From the IMG/VR virus record IMGVR_UViG_3300039308_000030: a stretch of DNA of 36,926 nucleotides; one strand, written 5' to 3'. The notes beneath the pieces were generated by a model that saw only the letters and a program-made list of their open reading frames with translations, did no database searches and was not told the DNA's origin. The translations under genes and the position numbers were made by a program. Source of the stretch: a virus. Lineage: Duplodnaviria; Caudoviricetes. This document shows positions 16,911 to 25,522 of this stretch, piece after piece (position 1 is the stretch's first letter; the number at the start of each line of letters is the position of its first letter).

Positions 16911-18233
16911 ATGAAGCATCTGATGCTGGTCGCGTCGGCGGCCATGGTTGCGCATACCGCAGGTTTCTCGCTCACCGAAAACGAACGCCGTCTCGGCCGC
17001 CTTATGCGCGACGCTGGTGGCCACAACGGCACCGGCGACGGTCGCCGCGAGATCGATCCCGAGCAGATCGCCGCCGATATCAAGAAGTCGCTCGAGAAAG
17101 CGACTGACAGCGTCAAGGCGATCGCCGAGGACGCGCTCGGCAAAGCCAAGTCCGGCGAGACTCTCGGCCAGGACGCGAAGGAAAAGGCCGACGCGGCCCT
17201 CACCGAGCTCAATGGCCTGAAGGCGCAGCTCGGCGATATCGAGCAGAAGCTCGCCCGCGGTTTCAGCCGCGACGAGCAGGGCCGGACCGCCGGCGAGCGC
17301 TTCATCGAAGACGAAGCGTTCAAGGCGTTTGCGGCGCAGACGCGGCCGCGCGGGCGCATTGTGGTCGATGTGAAGGACATCTCGTCGCTGACGACCGACG
17401 CCGCCGGCTCGGTCGGTGCGCTGATCCAGCCCCAGCAGGCGTCGGCGCCGCCGCTGCCGCAGCGCCGGATGACCATCCGCGCGCTGCTCGCCTCGGGCAA
17501 CACGAACTCGAACCTGATCGAGTTCGACCGCGAGAAGGTGTTCACCAACAACGCGGACGTGGTCGCCGACGGCGCGACCAAGCCGCAGTCGGAAATCCAG
17601 TACGAAGATGCGACCGCTCCGGTTCGCACGATCGCCCACTGGATGCGGGTCAACGTGCAGACGCTGGCCGATGCGCCGGCGCTGCGCTCGATCATCGACC
17701 AGCGGCTTCGCTACGGCCTGGCGTACAAGGAAGAGGTGCAGCTGCTGACCGGCTCCGGTTCCGGCCAGAACCTCAACGGCCTCGTCACGCAGGCGACCGC
17801 TTATGCTGCTGCGGGCGGCCTCACGGCGGCCACGCCGCTGGAGGTTATCCGCCTGATGATCCTCCAGGTCGTGCTCGCCGAATTCCCGGCGAACGGCATC
17901 GTCATGAACCCGATCGACCTTGCGGCGATCGAGCTCAGCAAGGACGGTGACGGCCGCTACCTGGTCGGCGATCCCCAGGGCACGCTCCAGCGTCGCCTGT
18001 GGGGTCTGCCGGTCGTCGAGACGCAGGCAATGGCCGTCGACAAGGCGCTCGTCGGCGCCTTCGACATGGCTGCGCAGATCTTCGATCGCCAGGACGCGAC
18101 GGTCGAGGTTTCGACCGAGGACCAGGACAACTTCATCAAGAACAAGGTGACGATCCGCGCCGAAGAGCGGCTCGCGCTGGCGGTCTACCGTCCGCAGGCG
18201 CTGGTCTACGGCGACCTCGGGCGCGTCGCCTAA
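16911..18233 (+). CDS. HK97-fold major capsid protein
   Basis: Coiled-coil delta domain; EEVQLLTGSG, KDGDGRY, LWGLPVV, FIKNKVTIRAEERLA. Confidence 0.96.
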   Translation: MKHLMLVASAAMVAHTAGFSLTENERRLGRLMRDAGGHNGTGDGRREIDPEQIAADIKKSLEKATDSVKAIAEDALGKAKSGETLGQDAKEKADAALTELNGLKAQLGDIEQKLARGFSRDEQGRTAGERFIEDEAFKAFAAQTRPRGRIVVDVKDISSLTTDAAGSVGALIQPQQASAPPLPQRRMTIRALLASGNTNSNLIEFDREKVFTNNADVVADGATKPQSEIQYEDATAPVRTIAHWMRVNVQTLADAPALRSIIDQRLRYGLAYKEEVQLLTGSGSGQNLNGLVTQATAYAAAGGLTAATPLEVIRLMILQVVLAEFPANGIVMNPIDLAAIELSKDGDGRYLVGDPQGTLQRRLWGLPVVETQAMAVDKALVGAFDMAAQIFDRQDATVEVSTEDQDNFIKNKVTIRAEERLALAVYRPQALVYGDLGRVA

Positions 18234-18252
18234 GCAAGCGGCAGAATTGGGT

Positions 18253-18284
18253 GGGGCGGGCTTCGGTCCGCCCCGCTTCCTTTC
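18253..18284 (+). terminator. Hairpin after capsid gene
   Basis: GGGGCGGGC-TTCG-GTCCGCCCC then pyrimidine run. Confidence 0.6.
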
Positions 18285-18337
18285 CCCGACGAGCGGCGCT
18301 GCGGCGCCGTTCCTCCGGCAAAGGAAGGACGAAGCAG

Positions 18338-18574
18338 ATGGCGGACAAGCAGATCAAGGTGCGGCTCTTGCGGCCGCTCGACGGTCGTGAAATCGGCGAA
18401 ACCGCGAGTTATCCCGAAACCGATGCGCGTCGGCTGCGCGACGCGGGCGTCGTTGAATATGCGGCCAAGGCGCAAGGCGCTACGCCGCGCAACAAGGCGG
18501 AAGGCGCCAGCCCCAGCAACAAGGCACGCCAGGCGCCGTCGAAAAAGTCGGGCGGCCGCACGCGCCGTCGCTGA
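18338..18574 (+). CDS. Small basic head-associated protein
   Basis: AAGGAAGG RBS; VRLLRP..GE...A..L..AGV plus NK-repeat tail; post-capsid position. Confidence 0.75.
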   Translation: MADKQIKVRLLRPLDGREIGETASYPETDARRLRDAGVVEYAAKAQGATPRNKAEGASPSNKARQAPSKKSGGRTRRR

Positions 18575-18632
18575 CGGACAGTTACGGACAGTTCGGCTCA
18601 ACCATGTTTGCTTTTAGAGGAGCGCGGGTCAG

Positions 18633-19046
18633 ATGACGATCCAGTTTGCGCAGTCGACGGCGCATGCCATGCTCGACGCGATCGAGACCGATATCGGCGG
18701 CTCGCCGGTGCTGTACCTGCGTTCCGGCGCGCAACCCGCGACCTGCGGCGCGGCGGACACCGGCACGCTGATTGCGACGATCGCCATGGCAGCGGATGCG
18801 TTCAGCAACGCGACGAGCTGGGCGAAAGCCATCGCCGCCACGATTTCCGACTTGTCCGCCGACAATGCCGGCACGCTCGGCCACTGGCGGATCAAGACCA
18901 GCGGCGGTGTCACCAAGCTGCAGGGATCCATCACCGCGTCCGGCGGTGGTGGCGACATGACCGTCGACAACACCAATGTTACCGCGGGGCAGCAGGTCGA
19001 CGTGACCAGCTTCGCGATCAACTTCCCCTCAGCTAATCAGGGATAG
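18633..19046 (+). CDS. Putative virion structural protein
   Basis: GAGGAG RBS; LDAI..IG..L.LRSG.QPA..A.TGTL.A; beta-rich. Confidence 0.75.
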   Translation: MTIQFAQSTAHAMLDAIETDIGGSPVLYLRSGAQPATCGAADTGTLIATIAMAADAFSNATSWAKAIAATISDLSADNAGTLGHWRIKTSGGVTKLQGSITASGGGGDMTVDNTNVTAGQQVDVTSFAINFPSANQG

Positions 19047-19050
19047 CTGA

Positions 19051-19629
19051 GTGGCTGATACCAAAATCAGCGCACTCACAGCGGTCACATCCCCTGCTGG
19101 TACGGACGAGCTTGCTGTAAACCAGGCCGGCACGTCGAAGAAAGCGACACTGGCGCAGATCACATCGGTTGTGGGTGGCGCTGTCCAGTATAGCGCAACG
19201 GGTTCGGCTATTGGCCCTGCAATCGCTGATTACTTCACGTCCACCTTGTCGCTCGACGCCTCTAGCACTTACGAGGTTGAGGTTTGGGCCTATTTCGCCA
19301 AAACTACGGCGGGCGCGGTAACTTGGACGTGGGCGCTTAGCTCGGCCTGCATTGCGCTGCATAGTTCCTACGAAAGCACGCCGGTTACCGGCTTCACGAC
19401 GACGACGATCACGGGCACGCCACTATTCGCGGAAGCGACCAACGAAAGCGCGACGACGATAGCCCATGCGCCTAGCGGCTCGCTGACAACTGCGGTGCGT
19501 CATTCGTTCAAGTTCTACGTTAAGCTGCGCACGAACGCCGCCACGACGTTGCAACTGCGCGTAACGAACAGTGCGGGCACAGTCACCCCGCAGCAGGGCA
19601 GCTATATGCGCGCAACTAAAATCATCTAA
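19051..19629 (+). CDS. Putative fibre/virion appendage protein
   Basis: ADTKISALT N-terminus typical of fibre proteins; Thr/Ser-rich. Confidence 0.7.
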   Translation: MADTKISALTAVTSPAGTDELAVNQAGTSKKATLAQITSVVGGAVQYSATGSAIGPAIADYFTSTLSLDASSTYEVEVWAYFAKTTAGAVTWTWALSSACIALHSSYESTPVTGFTTTTITGTPLFAEATNESATTIAHAPSGSLTTAVRHSFKFYVKLRTNAATTLQLRVTNSAGTVTPQQGSYMRATKII

Positions 19630-19634
19630 GCCAC

Positions 19635-21308
19635 ATGGCCGACAAATATCTCCTAGAGGACGGCAGCGGCGGCTACACCCTGGAGGATGGTAGCGGCTAT
19701 TACCTGCTTGAAAACGCATTCACCGACAATTTCGATGACAACAGCCGCGACACGTCCAAGTGGAACCTTGGGCTAACCGGCTGGACCGGGATCACCAACA
19801 ACGGGATCAGCGAGACCAACGGCAGGGTTGAAGTCCTCCCGCCTGCTGGCACCACGGACGGCGGCGGCGGTTACGAGAGTGTCAATAGCTACGACATAAC
19901 CGGCGGCAGCATCTATTTGAACGTGCAGGCGTCGGGCACGCTAAGCATCGGGCAAGAAGTTCATTTTGGCTTCCGTTCCGCGTCAGACGGATATTTCATC
20001 TTCCGCGACAACACGACGCTCTATCTTTATCGCCGTGTTGCCGGTGCGAACACATCGGTCGGATCAGTCGCATATTCCGCCACCACGCACCGCTGGTGGC
20101 GTCTTAGGCACAACAGTGCGGACGATACGGTCCATCTTGAGACCGCGACCAGCACTGCCGCTAACCCACCTGCTTCGGGCGACTGGACAAGCCGCGCCTC
20201 GGAGACGTGGAACGCCAGTGTTCCCAAGACCAACAAGATCAGCTTCGGCAGTTCGAACTGGCAGAATGTCGCCACACCCAGGACAATCTACTTCGACGAC
20301 TTCAACACTGCTTTTGCCACTAGCTCTCCAGCAAACATAACAGCGACAGCGAGCCCATCGCTATCAACCTTCCTGAGCACATCAGCCGCAAAAGCTCTTG
20401 TCGAGGGTGTTGGCGCGGGAACGATCAACAGCTTCGGCTCGTCGGGCTTGGGCAAGGCGCGCGTCAAAGCCGCCGCATCTGTGGCTCCGAGGCCGTTCAC
20501 GGCATCCGCCGCGGGCGTGGTCCGGGTCAAGGGTGCTGGTTCGGTATCGTTGTCGCCGTTCATTTCAGCGGCTGCTGCGCGAGCTGTTATCGAGGGCGTC
20601 GGGTCGGGAACGCTCAACACCTTCGGGTTGAGCGCCGCCGGACGAGCTCGGGTCAAGGCCACGGCCGCTCCGGCGCTTGGGGCCCTGGACGGCGCGGCGA
20701 CCGCATCGTCGCCGGTGCGGGGAACGGCCAACATTGCGGTCAGCTCCTTCCTCTCCGCGTCGGCGGCGGCGGTCCTGGTCGAAGGCGCGGGCTCAGGAGC
20801 GCTGAACGCGTTCGCCAGCGCGGCGGCGGTCAGGATCAGGATCTCGGCGGCTGCAGCGGCTTCGCTGCAGGCGTTCACGACGACCGGCACCGCGGACGTG
20901 GTGCAGTCGGGAATTTCGGCTTCGGCATCGCCGGTGCTCGCACCATTTGCGAGCGCGGCGGCCATGCGAGCGCTGGTTGAGGGTGTTGGCGGCGGCGCAC
21001 TCAATCCGTTCGCCGCCGCTGCTTCAGCGCGAGTCCGCGCCGGCGCGAATGCGGTGGCGATCCTTGATGGATTTTCCACGGCAGCGAGCGCGCGAGTGCG
21101 GATCGGCGCCTCGGCCTCGATCGAGATCGGCGAAGTCACCGCCGTGTCGGCGCTCCGCAAGTTGGTGCCGACCCCGGTGCCGGCAAGGCGCGTCGGAATG
21201 GCCGCCGCGGAAGAGCGGGGCGCCCTGGTGGAGGCGGAGAGCCGGGTCGGCGCGGCAGCGCGGGCGGCGCGGTCATTATCAGTTTCACGGGCGAGGAGGG
21301 CAGCATGA
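19635..21308 (+). CDS. Putative fibre: LLED motifs + beta-sandwich + about 13 x 21-aa Ala-rich repeats
   Basis: YLLEDGSG repeat; lectin-like aromatic region; periodic VEG.G.G.LN.F repeats. Confidence 0.75.
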   Translation: MADKYLLEDGSGGYTLEDGSGYYLLENAFTDNFDDNSRDTSKWNLGLTGWTGITNNGISETNGRVEVLPPAGTTDGGGGYESVNSYDITGGSIYLNVQASGTLSIGQEVHFGFRSASDGYFIFRDNTTLYLYRRVAGANTSVGSVAYSATTHRWWRLRHNSADDTVHLETATSTAANPPASGDWTSRASETWNASVPKTNKISFGSSNWQNVATPRTIYFDDFNTAFATSSPANITATASPSLSTFLSTSAAKALVEGVGAGTINSFGSSGLGKARVKAAASVAPRPFTASAAGVVRVKGAGSVSLSPFISAAAARAVIEGVGSGTLNTFGLSAAGRARVKATAAPALGALDGAATASSPVRGTANIAVSSFLSASAAAVLVEGAGSGALNAFASAAAVRIRISAAAAASLQAFTTTGTADVVQSGISASASPVLAPFASAAAMRALVEGVGGGALNPFAAAASARVRAGANAVAILDGFSTAASARVRIGASASIEIGEVTAVSALRKLVPTPVPARRVGMAAAEERGALVEAESRVGAAARAARSLSVSRARRAA

Positions 21309-22099
21309 TCATCTGGCCTCCAAAGGGTCCGGGCGAGGTCGCCGACTTCGCGTTCGACTTTGTGCGGGTCCTGCAAGACGACGAGACGCTTTCGGGCCGC
21401 ACCGTCGTGGCCGAGGGCGTGACCCGCGACAGCGACGCGATTGACGCCAGCCAGGTCAAGGTCTGGCTGAGCGGCGGAACGGCGGGGACGGTGGCGAAGG
21501 TCGTCGTTACGGTTACGACCAGCGGCGGGCGGACCTATTCCGAGGTCGCGGTGCTGGAGATCGGCGGCGAGGCGGTGAGCCTTGCCCAGGCCAAAGCCTG
21601 GCTGCGGGTTGAGAGCGAGGATGAAGATGCGCTGATCTCCGGCTTGGTGCGGGCGGCGGTGCGGCATATCGAGAGGGCAACCGGCAAGAAGCTGGTGCAG
21701 CGGATCGTCAGCCAGGTTGCGGCGGGCTTTCCAAGCCGCGGACTGCGGCTGTGGTACGGGCCCGCTGCCGAGATGCTGAGCGTCGATTATGACGATGGCG
21801 CGGGCGCTGCACAGGTGCTGACGGACTTTCGCCTCGTCGAAGGCGCCGGCGCGCAGCTGCTTCCGGCGTACAATTCGGCGTGGCCTTCGGCTGCCGCCGG
21901 TGCTGGATCGGTTCGGCTGCAATATGTCGCCGGGTACGACCCGACCGAGCTGCCGCCGGAGCTGACCCAGGCGGCGCTGATGCTGGTCGCGCACTGGTAC
22001 ATGAACCGCGAGGCGGTCAATGTTGGCAACATCACGACCGAGCTGCCGCTGGGCGTCGAGGCGTTGATCGAGCCGTTTCGGCCGATCGGATTGGGTTGA
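21305..22099 (+). CDS. Head-tail connector (HK97 gp6-like) with N-terminal fibre-adaptor-like domain
   Basis: VSLAQAKAWLRV..EDALI and A.LMLVAHWYMNRE; extra N-terminal WPPKGPGEV.DF...VWLSGG..TTSGGRT. Confidence 0.85.
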   Translation: MIIWPPKGPGEVADFAFDFVRVLQDDETLSGRTVVAEGVTRDSDAIDASQVKVWLSGGTAGTVAKVVVTVTTSGGRTYSEVAVLEIGGEAVSLAQAKAWLRVESEDEDALISGLVRAAVRHIERATGKKLVQRIVSQVAAGFPSRGLRLWYGPAAEMLSVDYDDGAGAAQVLTDFRLVEGAGAQLLPAYNSAWPSAAAGAGSVRLQYVAGYDPTELPPELTQAALMLVAHWYMNREAVNVGNITTELPLGVEALIEPFRPIGLG

Positions 22100-22434
22100 T
22101 GCCGCTGAACCTGAATATCGGCGCTCTGGACCGACGGGTGACCATCGTCCGGGACGGCGCACCGACCGAAGATAGCTGGGGCCAGTCGGTTCCCGGCGCG
22201 GCAAGCGAGGTCACGCGTTGGGCGGCCGTCAAGCCAGCACCGGGCACCGAACGATTCCAGAATGCGGAGAATGCCGCATCGGCGCCGATGCACTTCTTTT
22301 TCCGGTGGAGCGCGGGGCTGGTGGAGCCGACGGACCGGCTCCGCTTCGACGGACACGACTTCGAAGTAGTCACTCCGCCGGAGGAGATCGGGCGCCGTGA
22401 ATTCCTCCGGGTCCAGGCTGTGGCGAAGGTCTGA
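22099..22434 (+). CDS. Head-closure/head-tail adaptor
   Basis: IGALDRRVTI..D.WG..WAAV; position. Confidence 0.85.
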   Translation: MPLNLNIGALDRRVTIVRDGAPTEDSWGQSVPGAASEVTRWAAVKPAPGTERFQNAENAASAPMHFFFRWSAGLVEPTDRLRFDGHDFEVVTPPEEIGRREFLRVQAVAKV

Positions 22435-22437
22435 ACG

Positions 22438-22980
22438 ATGGCCCGAAAGCGCTTCGGCGGTTCGAACCGCATCCATGTCGGGCGGGCGCAGCTCCAAGGG
22501 TTCGACGAACTGGCGGCCGCCCTCGCGTCCTTGTCGCGGGGTGTCGAACGCAATGTGTTGAAGCGGGCGGGGGTGCGGGCGATGGGCATCGTTGTCGAAC
22601 GCGCGCAGTCACTCGTCCCCGTGCGAACGGGCGCCCTTCGCGGCAGCATCATGATCGAAACGAAAACGTTGCGCGACGCCGGTTTTCGGGCGGCCTGGGC
22701 GCAAGCCAAGCGCGAAGGCCGCTCGACCCGAGGCATTCGGGCGGAGAAGGGCGCGAAAGGTTCGGTGCGGGTGCAGGTGGTTGCCGGCGGGCAGGGCGCC
22801 CGCCATGCAACCCTGATCGAATTCGGCACGAGCAAGATGGCGGCCCGACCGTTCCTGCGGCCAGCGTTCGACAACACAAGCAACATGGTGCTGTCGTCGC
22901 TTTACGACGCGCTGGGAACCGAGATCGACAAAGCGGTGAAGCGGCGGGACCGCCGAGCGGCAGCGAAGTCGCGCGGCTAA
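22438..22980 (+). CDS. HK97 gp10-like tail component
   Basis: PVRTGALRGSI; EFGTSKMAARPFLRPAFD. Confidence 0.9.
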   Translation: MARKRFGGSNRIHVGRAQLQGFDELAAALASLSRGVERNVLKRAGVRAMGIVVERAQSLVPVRTGALRGSIMIETKTLRDAGFRAAWAQAKREGRSTRGIRAEKGAKGSVRVQVVAGGQGARHATLIEFGTSKMAARPFLRPAFDNTSNMVLSSLYDALGTEIDKAVKRRDRRAAAKSRG

Positions 22981-22981
22981 A

Positions 22982-23395
22982 ATGCACCTTGGCGAGGCCT
23001 TGATCGCACGGCTGAAGGCCGATGCGGGGGTGCAGGCCCTGGCCGGCAGCCGGATCTTTTGGGTCGCGAGACCGCAGAAGGGTCCGGGCAATCAGCTGCC
23101 GGCAGTGGTCTTGCAAGTCATCAGCGGAGATCGGCCGCAACATCTCGACGGGTTCGAGGACATGGCAACGGCCCAGGTGCAAGCGAACAGCTTCGCCCGC
23201 GAATATGGGGAGTCGCGGATCCTTGCCGAGGCGGTGAGCGGCGCACTCGTCGATGAAGCCCAGGTCGACGACATCGTCTTCTGGCGCGGCGACGTCGGCG
23301 AACCGCGCGACCTTGGCGAGCAGACGGACGACGGTTTCATTTTCCACGCCGCCGTCGAGGTGACGGTGCGCTGGGGCCGGGCCGAGGCGGCCTAA
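22982..23395 (+). CDS. Tail terminator (DUF3168-like)
   Basis: ALIARL..L.G.RIFW..RPQ..LPAVVLQVIS; position. Confidence 0.8.
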   Translation: MHLGEALIARLKADAGVQALAGSRIFWVARPQKGPGNQLPAVVLQVISGDRPQHLDGFEDMATAQVQANSFAREYGESRILAEAVSGALVDEAQVDDIVFWRGDVGEPRDLGEQTDDGFIFHAAVEVTVRWGRAEAA

Positions 23396-23410
23396 TCAAA
23401 GGAGAAGGAC

Positions 23411-23851
23411 ATGGCGGACGACCAACTCGCCGGAACCGGCCATCGCGGCCAGTTCTGGCTCGACAATGCAAGCGGAACGCTGACCCGCCTCGGGCAGGTG
23501 GTCAGCTTCAACATCCCGACGGCCGAGCGGGACGAGGTCGAGACGACCCACCTCGACAGCGACGCAAAGGAGTTTGCGCCGGGGCTGATCGACTTCGGGA
23601 CATTCGAAGTCGTGCTGAACTTCCGTCCAGGTTCCGACACGGACGAGCTGCTCGAGGACGCCGCGTCGGATGAAGGCGTGCGCGAATTCAAGGCGGTGGT
23701 GCCGATCCGGGGCGAGCTGGCCAAGGATTATACCGGCACCGGATTCGTCCGCGGCTATGAGCGCGGCGACATCACGCCCGACGGCAAGATGGAAGCGACG
23801 GTGACCATTCGGGTGACCGGCGCAGTGACGGGCGCTGCCCATGCGGCCTGA
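23411..23851 (+). CDS. Tail tube (major tail) protein
   Basis: ETTHLDSDAKEFAPGLIDFG; AAGGAG RBS. Confidence 0.9.
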   Translation: MADDQLAGTGHRGQFWLDNASGTLTRLGQVVSFNIPTAERDEVETTHLDSDAKEFAPGLIDFGTFEVVLNFRPGSDTDELLEDAASDEGVREFKAVVPIRGELAKDYTGTGFVRGYERGDITPDGKMEATVTIRVTGAVTGAAHAA

Positions 23852-24284
23852 AGCCAAAACCTTCCGGACGAAGGCGGGCAAGGAATATGTCTTCCTGTTT
23901 TCGTTCGCCGGCATCGTTGCAGCGGAGGACGCTGCAAATGCTTCGTTCAGCGACCTGATCGCTGGCGCGGCCAACAGCCGCGTCGGCTATCTGGCGGCAC
24001 TGATCTACGGCGGGCTGAAAGCCTGCCAACCCGAGCTGACGCTGGCCGACGTCTGGGAGCTGATGCAAAGTGAGGACGGCACAGCGCTCGGCGCGGCGAT
24101 GTGGCCGGCGATCGAGGCGGCGATGCCGCGCCGGACGGGCGAAAACCCTCAGAAGGCGGGGAGTGGGACTGGTTCGCGCTCCTCGCCGTCTGGTGCGAAG
24201 AAGAGCTCGGGCCGCAGGACTTCTGGCGGGAAAGCCCGCGCAGCTTCGCCGTCATCGTCGAAGCGACAAGGCGAGGAAAGCTAG
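23841..24284 (+). CDS. Tail assembly chaperone (gpG-like)
   Basis: Follows tail tube; ENP slippery site, then low-complexity tail. Confidence 0.8.
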   Translation: MRPEAKTFRTKAGKEYVFLFSFAGIVAAEDAANASFSDLIAGAANSRVGYLAALIYGGLKACQPELTLADVWELMQSEDGTALGAAMWPAIEAAMPRRTGENPQKAGSGTGSRSSPSGAKKSSGRRTSGGKARAASPSSSKRQGEES

Positions 24285-24454
24285 AACGGACGATCGTCGC
24301 GGCGCACCAACGCGAGGTGTTCCGGCGCATGGACAAGCTGAAAGGAAGCCCGGAGCCCTATCTCCGCAAGCTCCGCAAGCCGAAACGGCGTTCCGACCAG
24401 AGCCGCGAGTTGGCGAAGATGTTCGACCGAATGATCGAGCGGCAGCGGGGTTAG
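24143..24454 (+). CDS. Tail assembly chaperone frameshift extension (gpT-like, -1 frame)
   Basis: A AAC CCT heptamer 24143-24149; -1 frame encodes LGPQDFWRESPR. Confidence 0.75.
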   Translation, partial: KPSEGGEWDWFALLAVWCEEELGPQDFWRESPRSFAVIVEATRRGKLERTIVAAHQREVFRRMDKLKGSPEPYLRKLRKPKRRSDQSRELAKMFDRMIERQRG

Positions 24455-25002
24455 GGGGCAGGATGAAGGGCGATCGAGGCCTTCAAGGAACAATTGCCGA
24501 TACCCGCCCAATTTGGCACGCCGTCGCTGGTCCATGTCGCCTGGCACCTGCGGAGATGAGGCTGGATGAGACTCCCCAACCGGCCGGCAAAAATGAATTG
24601 CTTTAGCCCGTTCATTTGGACTTTTTCGCAAGCGACCAACCCTTCCGGCGGGTCAGACGGATACCTCCTCTTGCAGTACAGCTTCATCACTTCGGCCTGT
24701 TCTGCGAGCAAATTGCTGTCGGCGGATCCGTGAAGCTCTCGGTATGAATCTTGTTGGTTCCTCGAACACGCGCCCGCCATCTGATAGTCTGTTTGGCCTC
24801 TCGGGTCGGTGTAGCGCCGTAAGCAAAGACCGAGAGCCCGCCGCAAATCCGGTGGCGCGTCTCGATAGATACGTTGCCAGTCGGCCCGGCCTTCGCGCTG
24901 ATTGCGCTCGCATGCCGCTTGCATCTGGAAGTCGTCAGGCCACCGAGAGACGCAGTGCGGGCTTGCCGACACCAATAGTCCGCCGAGAATTACTCCGAAC
25001 AT
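24451..25002 (-). CDS. Exported Cys-repeat accessory protein (moron)
   Basis: Hydrophobic N-terminus; 8 Cys in two repeats similar to the C-terminus of 793..1509. Confidence 0.75.
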   Translation of the reverse strand: MFGVILGGLLVSASPHCVSRWPDDFQMQAACERNQREGRADWQRIYRDAPPDLRRALGLCLRRYTDPRGQTDYQMAGACSRNQQDSYRELHGSADSNLLAEQAEVMKLYCKRRYPSDPPEGLVACEKVQMNGLKQFIFAGRLGSLIQPHLRRCQATWTSDGVPNWAGIGNCSLKASIALHPAP

Positions 25003-25136
25003 CGCATACCCTTCCTGACCAAGCGTCGGATGGCCTCGGTTCTTGATGGGATCACGGACTGCTCGCGACGCCAGTCGTCAACGAGACGGAGAAATTCCTC
25101 GTCAACTCGCATGATTAGTCGGCGGTCCTGTGGCAT
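24990..25136 (-). CDS. Ribbon-helix-helix (CopG/Arc-like) regulator
   Basis: 48 aa: RLIMRVDEEFLRLVDDWRR..PSRTEAIRRLV..G. Confidence 0.8.
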   Translation of the reverse strand: MPQDRRLIMRVDEEFLRLVDDWRREQSVIPSRTEAIRRLVRKGMRCSE

Positions 25137-25162
25137 CGCGACAAAGGGTGAATGCTGGCTTG

Positions 25163-25192
25163 TTGACGCGCAAGGTGCATTGTGCGTACAAA
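25163..25192 (+). promoter_or_regulatory. Promoter of antirepressor operon
   Basis: TTGACG-N18-TACAAA, divergent from the RHH gene. Confidence 0.5.
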
Positions 25193-25252
25193 AGACAGGC
25201 CGAAGCGAAGCGGTAACTTCGCCCCGGCCCTGACCCAGCAACGGAGGTTCCC

Positions 25253-25522
25253 GTGTGCCAAGCTGACCAAAGCGATATCATTGCCGCGCAAGCCGCGTCA
25301 CCCAGTAAAATCGAGCGAGTTACCGAAACGGCGCTGTACGACGCCGGCTGCGAGCTCGGTCAGATGATCGACCTGATCGACACGATGGTCGACGTGACCG
25401 ACGAGGATTGGGTCGATCCGGCCAAGACGCTGCGGCGGATCGGGAGCCTGCTGCGGATCGCGCGCGACCATACGTCGCGGACGCTGGCGACGGTGCTGGC
25501 GGCGGAAGGGGCGCCGGCGTGA
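25253..25522 (+). CDS. Hypothetical protein upstream of antirepressor
   Basis: GGAGG RBS, GTG start, GTGA overlap with next gene. Confidence 0.65.
   Translation: MCQADQSDIIAAQAASPSKIERVTETALYDAGCELGQMIDLIDTMVDVTDEDWVDPAKTLRRIGSLLRIARDHTSRTLATVLAAEGAPA

Noticed and set aside
20340-21170. Repeats as CRISPR array or DGR template/variable repeats
   Set aside because: Degenerate in-frame protein repeats; no spacers, no reverse transcriptase, no adenine-specific variant pair seen
24451-25136. RHH + downstream ORF as a type II toxin-antitoxin pair
   Set aside because: Downstream protein looks exported and disulfide-rich, with no toxin motif
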